64,000 nt of DNA, from contig JALVVN010000038.1 in NCBI GenBank assembly GCA_027023405.1, positions 19,333-83,332 on the forward strand, written 5' to 3'. The translations under genes and the position numbers were made by a program. Below, in pieces: positions 49,209 to 59,566 of the stretch (positions are counted from its first letter, which is position 1; every line of letters starts with the position of its first letter). Source of the stretch: Campylobacterales bacterium (lineage in GTDB: Bacteria > Campylobacterota > Campylobacteria > Campylobacterales > QNZT01). A model generated the notes under the pieces. It did not search any database. It saw only the letters and a program-made list of their open reading frames with translations, and was not told the DNA's origin.

Positions 49209-50195
49209 GTGAAGATTTCACAACGCGGTAAAAAAGTTTCCATCATCGGTACGGGCAATGTCGGTGCGACAGTTGCCTTTATCCTTGCAATGAATGGTAC
49301 TTGCCATGAGGTCATGCTTCGCGGTAGAGATTATGAGAGAGCACTTGGAAAAGCGATTGATATGTCCCAAGCTGCCAATGCCGCACGACAACATACCATC
49401 GTTGAAGCGGCAAAAAGACCGGAAGATATTGCGGCAAGTGATATTGTCGTGATCACTGCCGGTGCTCCGCGTACTCCCGGTATGAGCCGAGATGACCTCC
49501 TTTTAACCAATGCCAATATCGTCAAAAATTACGCACGGGAGATTAAAGAGTATGCACCTGACTCTATTATTATTGTCGTGGCAAACCCACTCGATGTCAT
49601 GACCTATGTCGCACTCAAAGAGAGTGGTTTTCCCAGAGAGCGCGTACTCGGTATGGCGGGTATCCTCGATAGTGCGAGAATGGCGCACTTTATCTATCAA
49701 GAGCTTGGTTACGGCGCGGGTCAAATTCGTGCAACGGTGATGGGCGGTCACGGTGACAATATGGTGCCTTTGACAAAGTTTACGACCGTTGCCGGTGTAC
49801 CGATTGAGGATCTTTTAACCAACAGTGAAATTGTTGAGATTGTAGAAAAAACAAGACATGGCGGTGCAGAGATTGTATCACTGCTTAAAACCGGTTCTGC
49901 CTACTATGCACCGGCGAAAGCAACTGCCGTGATGGTTGAAGCCATCTTAAAGGATACCAAGCAGATCCACTCATGTGCTGTCTATCTTGAGGGAGAGTAT
50001 GGTGCACATAATATTGTCACCGGTGTGCCTGTGATGATGGGTGCGGACGGTGTGGAGAAGATCATTACCGAAATGGTACTCAAGCATAAGCAGAAAGAGA
50101 AGTTTAAAGAATCTGTTGCCGATGTGCAAGAGATGGTAGATAAACTCTATGAGTTGAAATTTTTTGATAAGGATAATGATGGAAACAAGAATTGA
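49209..50195 (+). CDS. mdh: malate dehydrogenase (LDH-like family)
   Basis: [16 protein letters not shown] Rossmann motif, [14 protein letters not shown] and HGD catalytic His. GTG start. Confidence 0.9.
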   Translation: MKISQRGKKVSIIGTGNVGATVAFILAMNGTCHEVMLRGRDYERALGKAIDMSQAANAARQHTIVEAAKRPEDIAASDIVVITAGAPRTPGMSRDDLLLTNANIVKNYAREIKEYAPDSIIIVVANPLDVMTYVALKESGFPRERVLGMAGILDSARMAHFIYQELGYGAGQIRATVMGGHGDNMVPLTKFTTVAGVPIEDLLTNSEIVEIVEKTRHGGAEIVSLLKTGSAYYAPAKATAVMVEAILKDTKQIHSCAVYLEGEYGAHNIVTGVPVMMGADGVEKIITEMVLKHKQKEKFKESVADVQEMVDKLYELKFFDKDNDGNKN

Positions 50196-51570
50196 AAAAG
50201 ATACAATGGGAGAAGTTGAAGTTCCTAAAGATGCCTATTGGGGAGCGCAGACACAACGAAGTATCCAAAACTTTAGGATAGGCGAAGAGACAATGCCGTA
50301 TGAGATTACAAGAGCTTTCTCTTATCTTAAAAAGGCGGTGGCTCTTGTCAATAAAGATTTAGGTAAACTTGACCCGAAAATTGCTGACGCGATTGCGCAA
50401 GCTGCTGATGAGATGCTAGAGGGAAAACTTGACGGGAATTACCCTTTGGTTGTTTGGCAGACCGGATCGGGTACGCAGTCAAATATGAACAATAATGAGG
50501 TATTGGCTAACCGTGCCACAGAGATATTAGGCGGTGATTTTAGAATAGAGAAGTTGGTTCATCCCAACGATGATGTTAATAAATCCCAAAGCTCTAACGA
50601 TACATACCCAACTGCTCTTCATGTTGCGGCGATTATCGCAGTCGAAGAGAGATTACTCCCGGCAATTGAGAAACTTCAAAAAACACTTCAAGAGAAAGCC
50701 AAAGCTTTTGATGATATTGTCAAGATTGGTCGGACACACCTTCAAGATGCAACTCCTTTAACACTTGGGCAAGAGATCAGCGGTTGGGTTGAGATGCTCA
50801 AAAAATCTCATAAGATGATCACTGATTCGCTTGATGCTGTAAGAGAGTTGGCACTTGGAGGTACCGCAGTTGGCACCGGTCTCAATGCACACCCGGAGCT
50901 TGGTGAGAGGGTAGCGAAAAAGCTTAGTGAGTTGACAGGACACAATTTTGTCACGGCACCTAATAAATTTCATGCACTCACAAGTCATGATGCTTTAGTC
51001 TTCACGCATGGTGCGATCAAAGCATTGGCAGCAGATATGATGAAAATTGCCAATGATGTGAGATGGCTTGCGTCAGGTCCAAGATGCGGTATCGGCGAGA
51101 TCTCCATTCCGGAGAATGAGCCTGGAAGTTCGATTATGCCGGGTAAAGTCAATCCTACTCAGAGTGAAGCGGTGACGATGGTAGCATGTCAAGTGATGGG
51201 TAATGATACGACAATCGGTATAGCGGCAAGTCAAGGAAACTTTGAGCTTAATGTCTTTAAACCGGTGATTGCCTATAACTTTTTGCAGTCGGTTCGTTTA
51301 ATGGCAGATTCGATTGTTTCATTTAATGACAATGCAGCGGTAGGGATTGAGCCAAATCGTGAGAAAATAGCGCACTATCTGCATAACTCATTGATGTTGG
51401 TTACAGCTCTCAATCCGCATATCGGTTATGAAAATGCGGCGAAGATTGCCAAAACAGCTCATAAAAATGGTACGACTCTAAAAGAGGAAGCTATCAACCT
51501 TGGACTGCTCACTGAAGAGGAGTTTGATAAGTTTGTGAAGCCGGAAGATATGATTGCGCCTAAAGCGTAG
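50179..51570 (+). CDS. fumC: class II fumarate hydratase
   Basis: [17 protein letters not shown]-terminus and the [13 protein letters not shown] signature. Overlaps the mdh 3' end by 17 nt. Confidence 0.95.
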   Translation: METRIEKDTMGEVEVPKDAYWGAQTQRSIQNFRIGEETMPYEITRAFSYLKKAVALVNKDLGKLDPKIADAIAQAADEMLEGKLDGNYPLVVWQTGSGTQSNMNNNEVLANRATEILGGDFRIEKLVHPNDDVNKSQSSNDTYPTALHVAAIIAVEERLLPAIEKLQKTLQEKAKAFDDIVKIGRTHLQDATPLTLGQEISGWVEMLKKSHKMITDSLDAVRELALGGTAVGTGLNAHPELGERVAKKLSELTGHNFVTAPNKFHALTSHDALVFTHGAIKALAADMMKIANDVRWLASGPRCGIGEISIPENEPGSSIMPGKVNPTQSEAVTMVACQVMGNDTTIGIAASQGNFELNVFKPVIAYNFLQSVRLMADSIVSFNDNAAVGIEPNREKIAHYLHNSLMLVTALNPHIGYENAAKIAKTAHKNGTTLKEEAINLGLLTEEEFDKFVKPEDMIAPKA

Positions 51571-51591
51571 AAATTTAATAAAGGAGAAGCG

Positions 51592-52770
51592 ATGAATATA
51601 CATGAGTATCAAGCCAAGCAGATTTTTCAAGAGTATGGCGTACCGACACCTAAAGGTATTGTTGCCGACACTGTAGAAGAAGCTGTGGAAGCAGCAAAGA
51701 AGCTTGGAGGACCTATCTGGGTTGTCAAGGCGCAAATCCATGCCGGAGGTCGAGGACTCGGCGGCGGTGTGAAGCTTGCCAAAAGTTTGGATGAAGTCAA
51801 GCAGTATGCCGACGAGATATTGGGTATGACCCTCGTGACGCATCAAACAGGTCCTGAAGGGAAATTGGTGCAGAAAGTTTATATCGAAGATGGAGCGGAT
51901 ATTCAAGATGAGTTTTATCTTGGAGTGGTACTTGATCGCGCCAAAGAGATGCCGGTGATTATGGCATCAACTGAAGGTGGTATGGAGATTGAGAAGGTGG
52001 CGGAAGAGACACCTGAGAAGATTGTCAAAGTAACCGTTGATCCTTCGATCGGTTTTCAACCTTTTCATGGTAGAGAGTTGGTATTTGGCTTAGGACTCAC
52101 TGATAAGACTGAGCAAAAAAATATGATCAATTTCGCGAAAAAGCTTTACCAAGTCTATATGGATAAAGATGCAGAGATGATTGAGATTAATCCGCTTATT
52201 AAGACAAGCCAAGGTGAATTTATCGCGCTTGACGGTAAGATGGGATTTGATGATAGTGCACTCTTTAGACATCCCGAGATTGAAGCGATGCGAGATATTT
52301 CTGAAGAGGATCCGGATGAGAGAGAAGCTTCGAAATATGGCTTGAGTTATGTTGCCCTCGACGGTGAGATCGGCTGTATGGTCAACGGTGCGGGTCTTGC
52401 GATGGGTACGATGGATACGATTAACTACATGGGCGGTACACCGGCAAACTTTCTTGATGTGGGCGGTACGGCATCCGCGGAGACGGTTGCGAAAGGTTTT
52501 GAGATTATTTTGAAAAATCCAAATGTCAAAGCAATTTTTGTCAATATCTTCGGAGGAATTGTCCGTTGTGATCGTATAGCCAACGGTATTTTGGAGGCGA
52601 CCAAGCAAGTGGATGTCAATGTACCGGTTGTTGTACGATTGGACGGTACCAATGCACCTGAGGCGGCAGAGATTTTGAAAAATGCTAATATTGATAATAT
52701 TATAGCGGCGGATGATTTAGCCGACGGTGCCAAAAAGGCGGTAGCGGCAGCGAAAGGAGAGGTAGCATGA
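51592..52770 (+). CDS. sucC: succinate--CoA ligase subunit beta
   Basis: [13 protein letters not shown]-terminus. ATP-grasp plus CoA-ligase domains. Confidence 0.95.
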   Translation: MNIHEYQAKQIFQEYGVPTPKGIVADTVEEAVEAAKKLGGPIWVVKAQIHAGGRGLGGGVKLAKSLDEVKQYADEILGMTLVTHQTGPEGKLVQKVYIEDGADIQDEFYLGVVLDRAKEMPVIMASTEGGMEIEKVAEETPEKIVKVTVDPSIGFQPFHGRELVFGLGLTDKTEQKNMINFAKKLYQVYMDKDAEMIEINPLIKTSQGEFIALDGKMGFDDSALFRHPEIEAMRDISEEDPDEREASKYGLSYVALDGEIGCMVNGAGLAMGTMDTINYMGGTPANFLDVGGTASAETVAKGFEIILKNPNVKAIFVNIFGGIVRCDRIANGILEATKQVDVNVPVVVRLDGTNAPEAAEILKNANIDNIIAADDLADGAKKAVAAAKGEVA

Positions 52771-53636
52771 GTATTTTAGTCAATAAAGATACCAAAGTGA
52801 TTGTTCAAGGTTTTACCGGTGGTGAGGGTACATTTCACTCAGAGCAGTGCCTTGCTTACGGTACGCAAATAGTAGGTGGTGTGACTCCGGGCAAGGGAGG
52901 ACAAGAGCACTTGGGAAAACCGGTTTTTAATAGCGTCAAAGAGGCGGTAAATGCGACCGGTGCGACAGTGAGTATGGTTTTTGTTCCGCCTGCGTTTGTT
53001 GCGGATGCGGTGATGGAGGCTGCAGATGCGGGTATTGAGCTTGCTGTGATCATTACTGAAGGAGCACCGGTGAAGGATATGCAAATGGCAAAAGCTTATG
53101 CCGTCAAAAACGGCATGAAAACGATTGGACCAAATTGCCCCGGAATTATTACGGCAGAAGAGTGTAAGATCGGAATTATGCCGGGTATGATCTTCAAAAA
53201 AGGAAATGTCGGACTGATTAGTAAGTCGGGTACATTGACTTATGAGGGTGCCAATCAGGTTGTCAAAGAGGGGTATGGTATCTCAACGGCAGTCGGTATC
53301 GGCGGTGATCCGATTATTGGATTGAGCTATAAGCAACTCTTGCCGATGTTTGAGGCTGATCCTCAAACCAAAGCGATTGTGATGATTGGTGAGATCGGCG
53401 GTGATCTTGAGATTCAAGCGGCACAATTTATCAAAGAGAATATTACCAAGCCTGTCGTTGCTTTTATCGCCGGTCAAACGGCACCCAAAGGAAAACGAAT
53501 GGGACATGCCGGTGCGATTGTCAGCGGTAGTGCCGGAACGGCAAAAGAGAAGATGGATGCATTAGAGGCAGCCGGTGTCAAAGTGGTAGTAAGTCCTGCT
53601 GAGATCGGTAAAGCGGTCGCTGAAGTATTGAAGTAA
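52767..53636 (+). CDS. sucD: succinate--CoA ligase subunit alpha
   Basis: ATGA overlap with sucC. Phosphohistidine loop [11 protein letters not shown]. Confidence 0.95.
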   Translation: MSILVNKDTKVIVQGFTGGEGTFHSEQCLAYGTQIVGGVTPGKGGQEHLGKPVFNSVKEAVNATGATVSMVFVPPAFVADAVMEAADAGIELAVIITEGAPVKDMQMAKAYAVKNGMKTIGPNCPGIITAEECKIGIMPGMIFKKGNVGLISKSGTLTYEGANQVVKEGYGISTAVGIGGDPIIGLSYKQLLPMFEADPQTKAIVMIGEIGGDLEIQAAQFIKENITKPVVAFIAGQTAPKGKRMGHAGAIVSGSAGTAKEKMDALEAAGVKVVVSPAEIGKAVAEVLK

Positions 53637-53654
53637 ACCAAAAAAGGAGAAAAA

Positions 53655-53972
53655 ATGGGATTATTAAAAGCCCCGGAAAATACACCTGTATGGGTAAATG
53701 TAAGTCGCTGTAAAGCGTGTGATGTATGTGTGGATGTTTGTCCTGCCGGTGTTTTGGCAATGGTACCTTCCGACAAGACGATTTTAGGTGCGACTATTAG
53801 TGTTCAATATCCTGATTCATGTATCGGATGTAATGATTGTGAACTCTCATGTCCGGATTTTGCTATCTATGTAGCAGATCGAAAAGAGTATAAATTCGCA
53901 AAATTGAGCGATGAAGCGCGAGAGAGAGCCGAAGCAGTTCGGGCAAATCACTATATGAAGCTAGAGGCATAA
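53655..53972 (+). CDS. oorD: 2-oxoglutarate:acceptor oxidoreductase delta subunit (2x[4Fe-4S] ferredoxin)
   Basis: CKACDVCVDVCP and CIGCNDCELSCP clusters. Position is ahead of oorABC. Confidence 0.85.
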   Translation: MGLLKAPENTPVWVNVSRCKACDVCVDVCPAGVLAMVPSDKTILGATISVQYPDSCIGCNDCELSCPDFAIYVADRKEYKFAKLSDEARERAEAVRANHYMKLEA

Positions 53973-53981
53973 GGAGAAGAT

Positions 53982-55124
53982 ATGGCAAGAGAAATTATTT
54001 CAAGTGGTAACTCATTGTGTGCTTTGGCAGCATATGATGCAGGGTGTGAATTTTTTGGTGGGTATCCTATTACGCCATCGAGTGAGATTGCGCATGATTT
54101 GAGTAAACTGCTTCCTAAGAAAGGGTATAAATTTATTCAGATGGAAGATGAGATCGGTGGTATTTCAGCTGCACTTGGTGCTTCTATGAGTGGAAAAAAA
54201 TCGATGACGGCAACTTCTGGTCCCGGTATCAGTTTGAAAGCCGAGCAGATTGGTTTAGGTTTTATTGCTGAAACACCGTTGGTGATCGCCAATGTTATGA
54301 GAGGTGGTCCTTCTACCGGTTTGCCGACACGGGTTTCACAGGCGGATATCGGTCAAGCAAAATATCCAACACATGGTGATTATGCTTCGATTACACTATG
54401 TGCAGGTAGTTTGGAGGAGTGCTATACGGAGACTATTCGCGCTTTTAACTTGGCTGAAAAGTATATGACACCGGTCTTTATTCTTCTTGATGAGACGGTA
54501 GGTCATATGCATGGAAAAGCAGTTCTTCCTGATCTCGAAGAGGTAGAGAAGAGTATAGTTAAGAGAGCAGAGTTTACCGGTGATCCCAAGGATTATAAGC
54601 CTTATGAGGCGGAGATGAATAAACCTGCGGTTCTCAATCCGATGTTTAAAGGGTATCGTTATCATATTACAGGTCTTCATCACGGACCTACTGGTTTCCC
54701 TACCGAAGATAAGGATATTTGTGCTTACAATATTAAACGACTTGTCGGAAAGATTCAAGATGTGGGTAAACTTGATGATCAGCCCGATTATGAAGAGTTT
54801 ATGTTAGATGACGCAGAAGTTTGTATTATTGCCTATGGCTCGATCTCTCGCGGTGCGAAAGAGGCAGTGATGAAGTTGAGAGAGGATGGAATTAAAGCTG
54901 GACTCTTTAGACCGATTATGTTGTGGCCGAGTCCGGCAGAGAAGATTGAGGAGATTGGTAAGCGATTTGAGAAGATTTTTATTACAGAGCTGAATCAAGT
55001 CGGACAATATACAGAAGAGATTGAGAGAGTAACAGGTAGAAAAGATTTCGCGACACTCAGAACAGCAAATGGTAGACCGATCCCACCGATGGATATGGTA
55101 GCAAAAGTAAAGGAGATGTTCTAA
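53982..55124 (+). CDS. oorA: 2-oxoglutarate:acceptor oxidoreductase alpha subunit
   Basis: KorA/PorA-like. 380 aa. Confidence 0.9.
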   Translation: MAREIISSGNSLCALAAYDAGCEFFGGYPITPSSEIAHDLSKLLPKKGYKFIQMEDEIGGISAALGASMSGKKSMTATSGPGISLKAEQIGLGFIAETPLVIANVMRGGPSTGLPTRVSQADIGQAKYPTHGDYASITLCAGSLEECYTETIRAFNLAEKYMTPVFILLDETVGHMHGKAVLPDLEEVEKSIVKRAEFTGDPKDYKPYEAEMNKPAVLNPMFKGYRYHITGLHHGPTGFPTEDKDICAYNIKRLVGKIQDVGKLDDQPDYEEFMLDDAEVCIIAYGSISRGAKEAVMKLREDGIKAGLFRPIMLWPSPAEKIEEIGKRFEKIFITELNQVGQYTEEIERVTGRKDFATLRTANGRPIPPMDMVAKVKEMF

Positions 55125-55966
55125 TGGCTTTTAATTATGATGAATATTTAAGAACGGATAAGATGCCGACACTTTGGTGTTGGGGATGTGGTGATGGTGT
55201 CATCCTTAAAGCGTTCATTCGAGCTGTTGATAAGCTTGGATGGAATATGGATGATGTGTGTGTTGTTTCGGGTATCGGATGTAGTGGAAGATTCTCATCA
55301 TATGTGAATTGTAATACGGTTCATACGACTCACGGACGAACCGTTGCCTATGCAACCGGTATTAAACTTGCTAATCCTGATAAACATGTGATTGTTGTTG
55401 CCGGTGACGGTGACGGTTTGGCAATCGGTGGTAACCATACGATTCATGGATGTCGAAGAAATATCGATCTCAACTTTATCTTGATCGATAACTTTATCTA
55501 CGGATTGACAAATTCACAAACTTCACCGACAACACCACAGGGAATGTGGACAGTAACAATGCAGTACGGTAATATTGATCCTACCTTTGATGCATGTAAG
55601 TTGGCAGAAGGTGCGGGTGCTACATTTATCGCCAGAGAGTCTGTGAGTGATCCAAAACGCTTAGAGAAGATGTTTGTCAAAGGTTTCCAACATAAAGGAT
55701 TTAGCTTCTTTGATGTCTTTAGTAACTGTCATATTAACCTTGGTCGAAAAAACAAGATGGGTGAAGCGGTACAAAATCTTGAGTGGATTGACAATCGAAC
55801 TGTTGGTAAGAAGAAGTATGATGCAATGAGTGAGGAGGAGCGAAAAGGACTCTTCCCTACTGGTATTTTGGTAGAGAAGGAGCAGCCAGAGTATTGTGAG
55901 CTTTATGACAAAGTGATTGAAGCGGCACAAGGTGGAGCGAAGATTACACAGAAGGATTTTGAATGA
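55124..55966 (+). CDS. oorB: 2-oxoglutarate:acceptor oxidoreductase beta subunit (TPP-binding)
   Basis: WCWGCGDG and GDGDGLAIGGNH TPP motif. Confidence 0.9.
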   Translation: MAFNYDEYLRTDKMPTLWCWGCGDGVILKAFIRAVDKLGWNMDDVCVVSGIGCSGRFSSYVNCNTVHTTHGRTVAYATGIKLANPDKHVIVVAGDGDGLAIGGNHTIHGCRRNIDLNFILIDNFIYGLTNSQTSPTTPQGMWTVTMQYGNIDPTFDACKLAEGAGATFIARESVSDPKRLEKMFVKGFQHKGFSFFDVFSNCHINLGRKNKMGEAVQNLEWIDNRTVGKKKYDAMSEEERKGLFPTGILVEKEQPEYCELYDKVIEAAQGGAKITQKDFE

Positions 55967-56526
55967 GACAGCAACTTAGATTTACCGGTGTAGGCGGGCA
56001 GGGTGTCTTGCTCGCAGGTGAGATTTTGGCAGCAGCAAAGATCAACGATGGTGGGTATGGTGTCAAAGCGGCTACCTATACTTCTCAAGTAAGAGGTGGT
56101 CCGACGGTTGTGGATATTTTACTCGATGATAAGGAGATTCTCTTTCCTTATGCGATTGACGGAGAGATTGAGTTTATGCTCTCGGTTGCGCAGGTGAGTT
56201 ATGATCAGTTTAAAAACGGTGTGAAAGAGGGTGGTGTGATAGTCGTCGATCCCGATTTGGTTCATCCGAGTGACGAGGATCGGAAGAAATGGAAAATCTA
56301 TGAGATACCTATTATCCGTATCGCGAAACATGAGGTAGGCAATGTGATTACTCAGTCTGTTGTCGCATTGGCGATTGCGGTTGAGATGACCCATGTGATG
56401 GATGAACAGAAGGTTTTTGAGGCGATGAAGTCTAAAGTTCCTCCGAAAGTTCTTGATGCCAATATTAAAGCATGGGAGTTGGGTAAAAAATATGCAAAAG
56501 AGGCACTCTCTTCTCAAGCTGCTTAA
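55963..56526 (+). CDS. oorC: 2-oxoglutarate:acceptor oxidoreductase gamma subunit
   Basis: RFTGVGGQGVLLAGEIL motif. ATGA overlap with oorB. Confidence 0.9.
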   Translation: MRQQLRFTGVGGQGVLLAGEILAAAKINDGGYGVKAATYTSQVRGGPTVVDILLDDKEILFPYAIDGEIEFMLSVAQVSYDQFKNGVKEGGVIVVDPDLVHPSDEDRKKWKIYEIPIIRIAKHEVGNVITQSVVALAIAVEMTHVMDEQKVFEAMKSKVPPKVLDANIKAWELGKKYAKEALSSQAA

Positions 56527-56551
56527 TTTCTACTTACTGTGGTGGTGGAGT

Positions 56552-57052
56552 TTAACTTCCCCACCCATGCATCTTTTGTGCTGTAATCACTTGGCACCCT
56601 TCAATAGTATCAGTGATTGCGTTGATTGCGACAAAATTTTTCTCTTCTAGATTTTTTAATAGTGCTTCACTCTCCTTACTGTCTGGATAAAAAATGAGAA
56701 GTTTCCCTCCATTTTTGATTATGGTGTAAATCTTTTGTAAAAATAGTTTTTGATCAGGCATTTGTCTAAGATCTACTGTTAAAAAAAGATAGTCATAAAG
56801 TTTGGCATGGCGGTTATAGCGTGCTTTATTGGGATCAAAGAGTCTTATTTTTGGTATTTGATATTCTGTTGAAAGTTGGGCTAAAAGATTAGAATCGATG
56901 GTCTCTAAATCATAGCCATAGCGATTTATCTGTGCCAGTTCTGAAAGTGCTGTAATAAGACTGGTATGCTGATCTGTTAGATGGAAAATCTCTATCGATG
57001 GGAAACCTTCCGGAATAATTGTTAATATCTTATTGTATTCCTCTTGATTCAT
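56552..57052 (-). CDS. hypothetical protein with a class-I methyltransferase-like C-terminal half but a degenerate SAM motif I
   Basis: YDYLFLTVDLRQMPDQKLFLQKIYTIIKNGGKLLIFYPD resembles MTase motifs IV-V. No GxGxG. AAGGAG Shine-Dalgarno 8 nt upstream. Confidence 0.45.
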   Translation of the reverse strand: MNQEEYNKILTIIPEGFPSIEIFHLTDQHTSLITALSELAQINRYGYDLETIDSNLLAQLSTEYQIPKIRLFDPNKARYNRHAKLYDYLFLTVDLRQMPDQKLFLQKIYTIIKNGGKLLIFYPDSKESEALLKNLEEKNFVAINAITDTIEGCQVITAQKMHGWGS

Positions 57053-57077
57053 TGAACACTCTCCTTTTCATCAACTG

Positions 57078-57094
57078 TTTGATATAATATCAAA
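57078..57094. promoter_or_regulatory. perfect 17-bp palindrome TTTGATATAATATCAAA holding face-to-face extended -10 boxes (TGATATAAT on plus, TGATATTAT on minus)
   Basis: 8+1+8 palindrome centred on 57086. It fills most of the 42-bp divergent spacer. The plus-strand hexamer ends 6 nt before ATG 57095. Confidence 0.5.
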
Positions 57095-58459
57095 ATGTTG
57101 AGTATTTTAAAAGAGATAGATATTGGTTTTAAGATCCCTACACCCGATACGCGTATCAGAGTTGCGGTGACAGGCTTTAGTCAAAGTGGGAAAAGTGTCT
57201 TTATTACTTCACTCATTAATCAGCTACTTGCGAATGATAAATTGCCCTATTTGAATGAAAAAATTGGAAGAGCTTTTGTTGCAAGACTTCTTCCTCCAGA
57301 TAATAGGTATCAGCGTTTTGATTATTACGCAAATCTAAAAGCTTTTCAAAAAGATCCTCCGTCGTGGCCTAAGCCGACGAAACAAGTGAGTAAAACGACA
57401 ATACAGCTTGAGTTTAAGAGTGAGTATCAATGGCTGAAAAATCAGATAGTCAATTTGGAAATTGTGGATTATCCCGGTGAGTGGTTACTTGATCTTTCGA
57501 TGCTTGATCTTGACTTTGAGAGATGGTCACATCGTATGCTGGAGTTGGCACAGGATGAGCATCATTTTGAATATGCGCAGAGTTTTCAAATCCTATTAGA
57601 GGAGTTTGATCTCTACGGTGCCTCTTCACCTCAAAAAGATGAGATACTCTTTGATACTTACAAAGAGTATCTTAAGATGCTCTATTACAACCATTTTACC
57701 TTCATTCAGCCAGGTCGCTTTTTAGAGCCGGGAGATTTAGAGGGTGATCCTATACTCCATTTTACACCGCTTCCGGCGCCTCCAAGTGACCGTGTGGTAG
57801 ATGAAAACTCTATCTATGCGAGATTTCAAAAGCGATATGACTACTATCTCAAGGAGGTGGTGAATCGACTATATATTGAGCACTTCTCCTCTTTTGATGC
57901 ACAAATTGTTTTAGTCGATCTCATCAAGACACTGGAACATGGTCAGGCAAGTTTTGAAGATATGAATCTTGGTTTTAAAGAGGTACTCAAAAGTTTTACC
58001 TACGGTCATAACTCCATTCTGAATCAATGGTTCGCACCCAAGATAGATCATGTTATATTTGCTGCAACAAAAGCTGACTATATTCCACGAAATCAGCATG
58101 AGGGCTATCGACAAATACTTGAAGATTTGATTAGGCAGATTCAACGGGAGTTACATGTGAGTGGTACAAAAACAGAGACAACAATTCTCTCTGCCGTCAA
58201 GTCAACAGAGTATTTGCGTACGAAATATGAGGGGAAAGTGTTGGATTGTATTGAGGGGAGAGTAGATGAAAATGGCGCGGTGGAGGTTTATTATCCCGGT
58301 GAGGTTCCACGAAATTATCGACTTGATACTTTTTGGCAAAATCACCACTTTCAATTTCCACAATTTTTACCTAGAACTTTTCCAAAAAGTGAAAATCAAG
58401 CGGTAGATCATATTCGTATGGATCGATTGATTTATAGTTTATTGGAGGGTAGAGTATGA
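57095..58459 (+). CDS. ycjX: YcjX-like P-loop NTPase (DUF463)
   Basis: RIRVAVTGFSQSGKSVFITSLINQL Walker A region at the same N-terminal position as E. coli YcjX. 454 aa. Confidence 0.82.
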   Translation: MLSILKEIDIGFKIPTPDTRIRVAVTGFSQSGKSVFITSLINQLLANDKLPYLNEKIGRAFVARLLPPDNRYQRFDYYANLKAFQKDPPSWPKPTKQVSKTTIQLEFKSEYQWLKNQIVNLEIVDYPGEWLLDLSMLDLDFERWSHRMLELAQDEHHFEYAQSFQILLEEFDLYGASSPQKDEILFDTYKEYLKMLYYNHFTFIQPGRFLEPGDLEGDPILHFTPLPAPPSDRVVDENSIYARFQKRYDYYLKEVVNRLYIEHFSSFDAQIVLVDLIKTLEHGQASFEDMNLGFKEVLKSFTYGHNSILNQWFAPKIDHVIFAATKADYIPRNQHEGYRQILEDLIRQIQRELHVSGTKTETTILSAVKSTEYLRTKYEGKVLDCIEGRVDENGAVEVYYPGEVPRNYRLDTFWQNHHFQFPQFLPRTFPKSENQAVDHIRMDRLIYSLLEGRV

Positions 58460-59454
58460 AACCAGGTCGTATTGTGATTGATGATGAGTATCGTGCGAAG
58501 CCTGTAAAGCAAGGAAGCGTACCCCAAGAGCTAGCTATTGCCAAAGAGATTGAAGAGATGGAAAATGAACGCATCGGAACTATTCAAGGATTAAAAAACT
58601 TCCTTAAAAAGAGTGTCGGTGTTGTCGGAGTGTTGGGTGCAATCATCTTAATCGGCGCACTTTATGACGCTTTTATTACACTCTCATCTATGATGTCTCA
58701 TGCACCTTTAGTAGGGTTGCTCTACGGTGGATTGATACTACTTTTTGTCGGATTGGTAGGCTCATCGATTTGGAAGCAGTATAGAAGCTATAAAAAACTC
58801 AAACGAGTTGATCTCTTTCAGCAAAAGGCATCGAAGATTGAAAGTGCCTCATTTGAGCAACAGAGCCGTTTTGCGAAGGAGCTCCTTCAGCACTACCAAA
58901 AAGAGGGTGATAGTCAAACCCAAGTAGCCGCACAAGCGCTTACCCAAGAGTTGAATACACTACTTCGCGGTGAGATTATATCGCGTGTCGAGGAGAAAAT
59001 TTTAGCGCCGTTAGATGTGAAGGCGCAGGATATTATCACCAAGTATGCGTCGCAGACAGCGGTGTCAACCGCCATTAGCCCAGTGGCAATTATCGATGCG
59101 GTACTGATCCTCTCACGCACACACAAAATGGTGGTAGAGATCGCCAAAGTGTATGGTTTTCGCGTCAATTTACTGGGAGAGATGTGGCTCTTTAAACGCC
59201 TATTCGGTGCACTTGCTTTCGCGAGTGTGACTGATATTTTAGCCAATCATTCCCATGATCTTTTCGGTACTTCATTGCTCTCTAAACTCTCTGTTCACTC
59301 GGCACAAGGAATGGCAAACGGTATTTTGGTCGCGCGAATGGGTGTAGGCGCAATGGAGAGTTGTCGCCCGATCCCTAATCGTAATCGAGTAGGGGGCTTT
59401 TTAAAGCATATTACGAAGAGTGTGGCAAAGGTATTATTTAATAAAGATAAATAG
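58456..59454 (+). CDS. ycjF: YcjF-like membrane protein (UPF0283)
   Basis: ATGA overlap with ycjX. Two central TM helices, then a conserved C-terminal region. 332 aa. Confidence 0.78.
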   Translation: MKPGRIVIDDEYRAKPVKQGSVPQELAIAKEIEEMENERIGTIQGLKNFLKKSVGVVGVLGAIILIGALYDAFITLSSMMSHAPLVGLLYGGLILLFVGLVGSSIWKQYRSYKKLKRVDLFQQKASKIESASFEQQSRFAKELLQHYQKEGDSQTQVAAQALTQELNTLLRGEIISRVEEKILAPLDVKAQDIITKYASQTAVSTAISPVAIIDAVLILSRTHKMVVEIAKVYGFRVNLLGEMWLFKRLFGALAFASVTDILANHSHDLFGTSLLSKLSVHSAQGMANGILVARMGVGAMESCRPIPNRNRVGGFLKHITKSVAKVLFNKDK

Positions 59455-59566
59455 TTTAATTTTGTAATAAAGAAATATAATAGTTATTAAATTAATACCT
59501 TTTCCCCTAAATTGTAAAAATATTTTACAGTATGTCGATATATCTCAAAAGCGTTAGGAGCAACGA

